Shown piece after piece: positions 31,897 to 39,714 of a DNA stretch of 39,714 nt. The position numbers and the translations under genes were made by a program. How positions within the stretch are numbered: position 1 is the first letter of the stretch; every line of letters starts with the position of its first letter. The DNA is from Octopus sinensis (Eukaryota). The DNA lies in NCBI RefSeq assembly GCF_006345805.1, contig NW_021835525.1, positions 1-39,714 of the forward strand, written 5' to 3'. Below the pieces are notes generated by a model. The model saw only the letters and a list, made by a program, of their open reading frames with translations, was not told the origin of the DNA and did not search any database.

Positions 31897-34036
31897 GTCC
31901 ACCAAGGATCAGTCCTCAGCTCCCCTCTTATTCATCATAGTCCTCCAGGCAATAACAGAGGAATTCAAGACAGGATGCTCCTGGCTGCTCCTTTATGCTG
32001 ATGACCTTGCTCTAATTGCTGAATCACTATCAGAACTAGAGAAGTTTCAGGTGTGGAAGCAAGGATTAGAATCGAAGGGCCTTAGAGTCAACCTAGCTAA
32101 AACCAAAGTTTTAACTCCTTGACGCTGGTATTACCCAAAACATGCGAGACACTGCTCCGTTTTTTTTTTTTATCTAATGAGGCCACTCAAACACACAAGT
32201 GCCAATGAGGTCGTGTCTATTTATATTCACCATTACAATAACATAGCGTTGTGCATTTACGTCTGCTGGTTTATGAAAATGGATTATGCGAAGCTATTTA
32301 TCATAATATGATATGCACGAGTTATTCTGCTCAAGTTCAGAAAATAGCTTGCATATTATACATGTAAATTACCCGCATGTCATGTGTATACTGCTAGTCT
32401 CATGACTTGAACGTAATCTAAAATAGCTAAAATAATGCACGGGATGGCGACTGTGCACTCCTCAAGAGATAAAGTACACGATAGTGAACATAAGCATGTG
32501 TCAGCTGCTAAAAAGTCCGTGTTAGATGCAGGGCAGCTCTACATCGTATATTTATGTTAACCGCGGGTAAGCAAGCAAAAGTGTGATCGCATATTTGTGT
32601 CAGCCGTTATCAAGGGGTTAATAAGTAGGATGACAGACAAACCACAAATCCCTTCAGGTAGATGGCCCTGCTTGATCTGTAGAAAAGGCGTTGGTAGGAA
32701 CTCTATGAGATGTACCCAGTGTAAGCTATGGACACATAAGAGGTGCAGCAATATCAAAGGAAGGCTAACTGGGAAGATAGTTTTTGTATGTGGCAGATGC
32801 TCAGGAGTAATAACCACTGAAAATGTGCAGAGAATAGTTTCTGCCACATTCCAGGGAGAAAAACTAGAAGTTGTTGATAGCTTCTGTTACCTAGGTGACC
32901 AAGTTAGTAGCGGGTGACGGTGCACTGAAAGTGTAGCTGCTAGAATAAGAATAGCCTGGGCAAAGTTCAGAGAGCTCTTACATCTGCTGGTGACAAAGGT
33001 CCTCTCGCTCAGAGTAAAAGGTAGACTGTATGATGCATGTGTACGAACAGCCATGCTACATGGCAGTGAAACATGGGTTGTGACTGCTGAGGACATGCGT
33101 AAGCTTGCAAGGAATGAATCCAGTATGCTCCACTGAAAGTGTAATGTCAGTGTGAATGCATGACAGAGTGTAAGCGCCATGAGAGTAAAGTTGGACTTGA
33201 GAAGCATCAGATGTGTTGTGCAAGTGATAAGACTGTGCTGGTATGGTCATGTGTTGCAAATGGATGAGGACAACTGTGTGAAAAAGTGCCACACCCTAGC
33301 AGTTGAGGGGACCTGGGACGAGGTGGTAAAGCACAACCTCTGAACATTGGGCCTCACTGAGGCAATGATTAGTGACTGAGACCTTTGGAGATATGCTGTG
33401 CTTGAGAAGAACTGGCAAGCCAAGTGAGACCAGAACCTGTGGCCTATGCCAGTGGTGTATAGCCAGTCCACTTATGAGTACCCTTCATTCATTGGACAAT
33501 AAACTTTGCTTGCAAAGACCTGTTGAGGCAAGTGAAATCAAAATCAAAATTGCTGACGTGGCTGATGACAGTACCGCCTGATTGTTACTCGTGCCAATGG
33601 AATGTTAAAAGCACCATCCGAGCGTGAGCATTGCCAGGGCCGCAGACTGGCTCTCGAGCCAGTGGCATGTAAAAAGCAGCATTCAAGCGTAATAGTTGCC
33701 AGTGTCACCTTACTGGTACATGTGCCGGTGGCACGTGGAAAACAACATTCGAGCATAGTTGTTGCCAGTGCTGCTGGACTGGCTCCTGTGCAGGTGGCGT
33801 GTAAAAAACACCTTTTGAGCGTGATCGTTGCTAGTGCCGCCTGAGTGGCCCACGTGCCAGTGGCATGTAAAAGCACCCACACTCTCGGACTGGTTGGTGT
33901 TAGAAAGGGCATCCAGCTATAGAAACTTTGCCAGAGCAGATTGGATCCTGGGGCAGCCTTCTGGCTTGTCAGTCCTCAGTCAAACTGTCCAACCCATGCC
34001 AGCATGGAAAGCAGATGTTAAACGACAATGATGATG
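31894..34036 (+). mobile_element. 5'-truncated, disrupted RTE LINE: RT C-terminal half, PHD-like finger, ORF end and 3' UTR
   Basis: GVHQGSVLS/PLLF, LLYADDLAL, GLRVNLAKTKV, FCYLG, AWAKFREL and LYDACVRTAMLHGSETW motifs, with stops and frameshifts. The UTR ends in GATGATGA. Confidence 0.92.
32115..32617. mobile_element. TTAA-flanked piggyBac-type non-autonomous insertion in the RTE ORF
   Basis: TTAA|CTCCTTGA ... TCAAGGGG|TTAA. Removing it restores the frame KTKVL-ISRMTDK. Confidence 0.85.
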
Positions 34037-34067
34037 AGATATATATATATGATGAGATATATATTAT

Positions 34068-34172
34068 AGGAGTGGCTGTCTGGCATCTTGGGCAAGTGTC
34101 TTCTTCTATAGCCTCGGGCCGACCAATGCCTTGTGAGTGGATTTGGTCGACAGAAACTGAAAGAAGCCCGTC

Positions 34173-34224
<52 letters not shown>

Positions 34225-34440
34225 TTCTGTGTCTGTGTTTGTCTTCCCAACATCGCTTGGCAACTGATGCTGGTGTGTTTACGTCCCCGTCACCTAGCGG
34301 TTCGGCAAAAGAGACCGATAGAATAAGTACTGGGCTTACAAAGAATAAGTCCTTGGGTCGAGTTGCTCGACTAAAAGGCGGTGCTCCAGCATGGCCGCAG
34401 TCAAATGACTGAAACAAGTAAAAGAGAAATAAAAGAGAAT
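34068..34440 (+). mobile_element. SINE family A with a deletion removing the B-box
   Basis: GGAGTGGCTGT joins directly to TGGCATCTTGGGCAAGT. Confidence 0.88.
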
Positions 34441-34693
34441 ATACATATACATATATGACCTGTGGGAGAGAATGAGAGAGTAGGTGTGGAGGGAGATATA
34501 TATATGTTCTCATGCACATACAGAACACACCCAAACTGAAGCACATTGAACAATGTATATTCATCTTCATGGTTTAATGTCTGCCTTTCATGCTGGTATG
34601 GGTTGGGCAGTTTGACATGACTGAGCAGGTCAGCTGGCCCCTTTTCTTTTTTTGGCACATTTCTTCAGCTAGATGTCTTTCCTAATGCCAACC

Positions 34694-35277
34694 TATTTCT
34701 TTACTACCCACAAGGGGGAACAAACAAGGACAGACAAACGGATTAAGTCGATTACATCGACCCCAGTGCGTAACCGGTACTTATTCAATTGACTCTGAAA
34801 GGATGAAACGCAAAGTCGACCTCGGCGGAATTTGAACTCAGTACGTAGCGGCAGACAAAATACCTATTCTTTACTGCCCACAAGGGGCTAAACATAGAGG
34901 GGACAAACAAGGACAGACAAACGGATTAAGTCGATTACATTGACCCCAGTGCGAAACTGGAACTTTATTTATCGACCCCAAAAGGATGAAAGGCAAAGTC
35001 GACCTTGGTGGAATTTGAACTCAGAACGTAACGGCAGACGAAATACCTATTTCTTTACTGCCCACAAGGGGCTATACACAGAGGGGACAAACAAGGACAG
35101 ACAAATGGATTAAGTCGATTATATCGACCCCAGTGCGTAACTGGTACTTATTTAATCGACACCAAAAGGATGAAAGGCAAAGTCGACCTTGGCGGAATTT
35201 GAACTCAGAACGTAGCGGCAGACGAAATACCGCTAAGCATTTCGCCCGGCACGCTAATGTTTCTGCTAGCTCTCCGC
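34694..35277 (-). mobile_element. SINE family B trimer inserted into an old RTE 3' UTR fragment (34560-35345)
   Basis: 17-bp TSD CTTTCCTAATGCCAACC at 34677-34693 and 35278-35294; internal periods 183 and 184 bp. Confidence 0.92.
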
Positions 35278-35671
35278 CTTTCCTAATGCCAACCACTACA
35301 GAGTGTAGCGAGCGCCCTTTTTGTGATTTTGTGACACTGGCACTTGCAAGTTGATAGAAGTAACTTGAAAGACAAGACTCCTTAACTGAATGGGAGTGTT
35401 ATATTGAGGGAGATGTCTTTAAACCCCCAAAGTAGTGAGAATGGTGAATGATGTAATTGTTTGGTTGAGCGAAAGACCTTTTCTAAGAGTTTAGACAGAT
35501 ATTTTTCTACCTATGTTTGATGAGGGAATAGGAGAAGTTTAGTAATTGCAGCTCTCCCATGTTGTCCAGCATGTGGAGCTCAATTTTGGCTGACACAGTG
35601 TTGGAAAGCCAGTGGTTTTCCTCGGCTCTCATTTTTGCTGCAGCTATTTAATGGTTTTTAGATATAGTATG

Positions 35672-35674
35672 TTA

Positions 35675-35713
<39 letters not shown>

Positions 35714-35882
35714 GCCTATCTATCTATCTATCTATTTCTCTCTCTCTCTCTCTCTCAATCTATCTATCTATCTATCTATCTATTTCTCTCTCTATCTATC
35801 TATTTCTATCTCTCTATCCATCTATCTATCTATCTATTTCTCTCTATCTATCTATCTATCTATCTATTTCTATCTATCTATG

Positions 35883-35917
<35 letters not shown>

Positions 35918-35924
35918 TTCTCTC

Positions 35925-35959
<35 letters not shown>

Positions 35960-36064
35960 GTCTCTCTCTCTATCTATCTATCTATCTATTTCTCTCTCTG
36001 TCTGTCTGTCTGTCTCTCTGTCTGTCTCTCTGTCTCTCTCTCTATCTATCTATCTATCTATTTC

Positions 36065-36099
<35 letters not shown>

Positions 36100-36340
36100 G
36101 TCTCTCTCTCTATCTATCTATCTATCTATTTCTCTCTCTGTCTGTCTGTCTCTCTCTGCCTCTGTCTCTCTCTCTCTCTATCTATCTATCTATTTCTCTC
36201 TCTGTCTGTCTGTCTCTCTCTGCCTCTGTCTCTCTCTCTATCTATCTATCTATCTATTTCTCTCTCTGTCTGTCTGTCTGTCTCTCTGTCTGTCTCTCTG
36301 TCTCTCTCTCTATCTATCTATCTATCTATCTGTCTATGTC
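35672..36340. repeat. Compound (TCTG)n/(TCTA)n/(TC)n microsatellite with higher-order structure
   Basis: Direct reading. Confidence 0.96.
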
Positions 36341-36752
36341 TGAAGTAACAGGGTGACACAAGGTTCTAGAGTTTCACGCATTTGCACTTTTCAGCCCAGT
36401 TACCATTCAAAGGCCTCTGAGTTTATATTGCCGTTGATAAATATCTAAATCTGTTTCCGTTTTGGAATGTCGTAGAACGAACTATGCTGTCAAGTGGGTA
36501 ATTAAAGTTTGCCTGCTATGACATTTAATACGCAAATATATAGACAAACAAAGAGGGGGGAAAAAGAAAAGAATCCATGTGCATGTCACTGCACATATAT
36601 ACACTCACAAACATAAACACACCCAAAAAAAAAAACCCGCGAAATTCACACATGTATATATGAGAGAATATACATGAATTATGCATATTTGTATGCATGT
36701 ATGTATATGTAGTTATGTGTATATATGCACATGCATGTACACATATACATAG

Positions 36753-37425
36753 TCGCAGAAGTGGCTGTGTGGTAAGTAGCCTGTTTACCAACCACATGGT
36801 TCCGGGTTCAGTCCCACTGCGTGGCATCTTGGGCAAGTGTCTTCTACTATACCCCCGGGCCGACCAATGCCTTGTGAGTGGATTTGGTAGATGGAAACTG
36901 AAAGAAGCCTGTCGTATATATGTATATATATATATAATTAATTAATAAGGGTGAGAGAATTAGATACTAATTTAATAGTATATCTATTCTACACCAAGTG
37001 GCCTAGTGCTCCGAGAAACCTGGATTATTATAATATTTTATAATATATTATAATATTTTTACAAAATAAATATAAGAGAGTGGTCACTATATGGCTCACT
37101 CTAGCACCAGTTAATCCAAAAGGTTTCAACCACAAAAATACATGTTTCCCATGAAAGTCAGTACGATTGTTAGCTCACACGGACAGGGCAAATAAAAAAT
37201 AACAAAAATACAGATTATTTTGTGAATTAAATTACATTTAATTCATTAATAGCGAAACAATTGTCCCAAAATAATCTGTATTTTTGTTATTTTTTATTTG
37301 CCCTGTCCGTGTGAGCTAACAATCGTACTGACTTTCATGGGAAACATGTATTTTTGTGGTTGAAACCTTTTGGATTAACTGGTGCTAGAGTGAGCCATAT
37401 AGTGACCACTCTCTTATATTTATTT

Positions 37426-37457
<32 letters not shown>

Positions 37458-37680
37458 CGTGTATGTTTGTGTGTCTGTGTTTGTCCCCCTAGCATTGCTT
37501 GACAACCGATGCTGGTGTCCCTGTCACTTAGCGGTTCGGCAAAAAGAGACTTATAGAATAAGTACTAGGCTTACAAATATAAGTCCCGGGGTCAATTTGC
37601 TCGACTAAAGGCGGTGCTCCAGCATGGCCGCAGTCAAATGACTGAAACAAGTAAAAAAAAAAAAAAAAGTAAAGTAAAAA
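36753..37680 (+). mobile_element. SINE family A copy split at its internal (TA)n by the 160-bp palindrome element
   Basis: 5' half 36753-36935; 3' half resumes at ~37430. Confidence 0.88.
37063..37426. repeat. Long inverted repeat, 160-bp arms, with a 44-nt spacer carrying a half-hammerhead motif
   Basis: 37063-37222 is the reverse complement of 37267-37426 with no mismatch found by eye. Confidence 0.96.
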
Positions 37681-37934
37681 GTATATATGAGGGGGTACCC
37701 AAAAGAAACCTGATTCTTGCAAGGCTGTTTCATTTCACTTCGTCTTACATGTTCACACTTTTATCACATTCAAAGTTTTCTTCATTTGAAGCAATGCATT
37801 GGTCCAAATAAATTTTCCAGTTTTTGAAACTGTGCTGGAACTCTTGCAAAGCGATGCCTTTTAATGCCTCCATCGCTCTTTCTTCACCTGTTCTACATCT
37901 GCAAATTCTGTAACACCAGCCTTCGTCACCAGTG

Positions 37935-38375
37935 ATCATCATCATCATCATCATCGTTTAACGTCCACCTTCCATGCTAGCATGGGTTGGACCATTTTGA
38001 CTGAGGGCTGGCGAGCCAGATGGCTGCACCAGGCTCCAATCTTGATCTGGCAGAGTTTCTACAGCTGGATGCCCTTCCTAACGCCAACCACTCCGAGAGT
38101 GTAGTGGGTGCTTTTTACGTGCCACTGGCACGGGAGCCAGTCAGGCGGCACTGGCAACGACCTCACTCGAATCTTTTTACACGTGCCGCCAGCACAGGTG
38201 CCACTGAAGCGACATTGGTAACGATCACGCTCGAATGGTGCCCTTTTACGTGCCACGGGTACAGAAGCCAGTTGGCTGCTCTGGCAACGATCACGCTCGG
38301 ATGGTGCTCTTGGCACCCTACTAGCACAGGCATAAGTGCCAGTAAGGCCACGCTGGTAATGATCATACTCGAATA
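37935..38375 (-). mobile_element. RTE LINE 3' UTR fragment nested in the mariner
   Basis: (ATC)n tail, conserved block and modules. Confidence 0.87.
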
Positions 38376-38631
38376 GCTGCTCTGTCAACGATAACACTCG
38401 TTGACCACACACGTGAAGACCTTAGTAAAAAGGGTCCAGATAAATTTTCAACTGTTCTTTCAGTTCATGGCACGCATTCAGTCATGACTGCTTTTGATCT
38501 TCTGTGAGGAAAAGAAGCACAAATCTTGCTACAACTTTTTTCATTCATAAATCCTCACTCAAAATTTGTGAGCTCCAGGACACACCAGTCATATCAACAA
38601 GTTTGTCAGTTGTTCGGTGATGGTCCTCCAA

Positions 38632-39081
38632 AAGGCGGCGAGCTGGCAGAAATGTTAGCACACTGGGTGAAATGCTTTGCGGTATTTCGTCCGCCGCTGC
38701 GTTCTGAGTTCAAATTACGCCGAGGTCGACTTTGCCTTTCATCCTTTTGGGGTCGATAAATTAAGTACCAGTTACGCACTGGGGTTGATGTAATAGACTT
38801 AATCCCTTTGTCTGTCCTTGTTTGTCCCCTCTATGTTTAGCCCCTTGTGGGCAATAAAGATATAAGAAACGCTAGCATGCTGGGCGAAATCCTTAGTGGT
38901 ATTTCGCCTGTCTTTACGTTCTGGGTTCAAATTCTGCTGAGGTCGACTTTGCCTTTCATTCTTTCGGGCTCGATAAATTAAGTACCAGTTACGCACTGGG
39001 GTCAATGTAATAGACTTAATCCCTTAGTCTGTGCTTGTTTGTCCCCTCTGTGTTTAGCCCCTGGTGGGTAGTAAAGAAATA
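38632..39081 (+). mobile_element. SINE family B dimer (217-bp period) nested in the mariner
   Basis: 13-bp TSD GATGGTCCTCCAA at 38619-38631 and 39082-39094. Confidence 0.92.
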
Positions 39082-39714
39082 GATGGTCCTCCAAGATCAG
39101 TCCATGAACTTTCGGGATGCTCTCAAGCGACAAGTGACCTTTTTTCTAAAGACTGACAACCATTTGTAAACATGTTTTGCTCATGGCAGCATCATGTAGA
39201 AGCATGACAACTGTTTCGGCCACTGTTTTCCCCAGCAGAAAACAGAATTTCATGGTAGCATGCTGTTCCTTCATTTCAGCTATTGCAAAACTCAATGAAC
39301 AAGGGAGAAGCACTGCAAAACAATGACACGCTATGTGACAGTAGGTCTAAACTTGCCACCGCCAGTTGGCATACTGGAGCCTGAGGGCCACATCAAGGGT
39401 TGCTAGCAGCAGAGGCCTGAACTATAATGGGCATGTCCCACAGAGAACATTTCCTGTTACTTTTGGGTACCCCCTTGTACTCATGCAAACATAAACACGT
39501 ACACACTCATACATATATATACACAAAATATGTATAGACACAGACATATATACAGTATATACTGCACAGACACTCACTCACTTGCTCACATACACATGCA
39601 CTTATGTGTATACATATACACATCTCAAAATCTGACCGCGTGTGTACCATTGGCGATTTTTTTTTCCTCCGTCTTCCCTTCTTTGGATCTTTCCTTTTCC
39701 TATGTTTCTGATAA

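Larger units (their letters stand above)
37688..39477 (-). mobile_element. Internally deleted mariner transposon with nested RTE and SINE insertions
   Basis: TA TSD and TIRs TGAGGGGGTACCCAAAAGAAAC / GTTACTTTTGGGTACCCCCTTG. Minus-strand remnants EQHATMKFCFLLGKTVAET, KKVVARFV, ITGDEGWCY and WKIYLDQCIASNEENFE. Confidence 0.88.

Noticed and set aside
35612-36356. Leu/Ser-rich membrane-protein-like ORFs
   Set aside because: Translations of (TCTA)/(TCTG) microsatellite.

Overview
Eukaryotic, AT-rich, repeat-dominated intronic DNA. The SINE/RTE repertoire and microsatellite load suggest an Octopus genome (inference from recall, not a database hit). I found only one credible host coding exon, 24831-24983 (+, 153 nt, AG/GT, phase 0-0, TPR-like, most similar to TONSL). 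The rest is nested transposable-element debris: three tRNA-derived SINE families, RTE LINE fragments (one with RT plus a PHD-like finger), a fragmented Penelope-like element (RT plus GIY-YIG), a CR1 3' end, maT (DD37D) and mariner relics, TTAA-flanked piggyBac-type MITEs, a Helitron, a U6 pseudogene and several micro/minisatellites. Almost all long ORFs in the supplied track are simple-repeat artefacts. The most notable signals are: (1) young fold-back (palindromic) insertions in (TA)n tracts, one folding back 1 nt from a predicted hammerhead cleavage site; (2) a complete hammerhead-like motif at 5578-5667; (3) a U6/RTE-tail chimera; (4) SINE multimers with a fixed 184-bp period and the same junction at independent loci; (5) a CR1 fragment flanked by a 201-bp duplication; (6) the internal microsatellite of one SINE family being repeatedly hit by other elements. 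No prokaryotic system or CRISPR array is supported.
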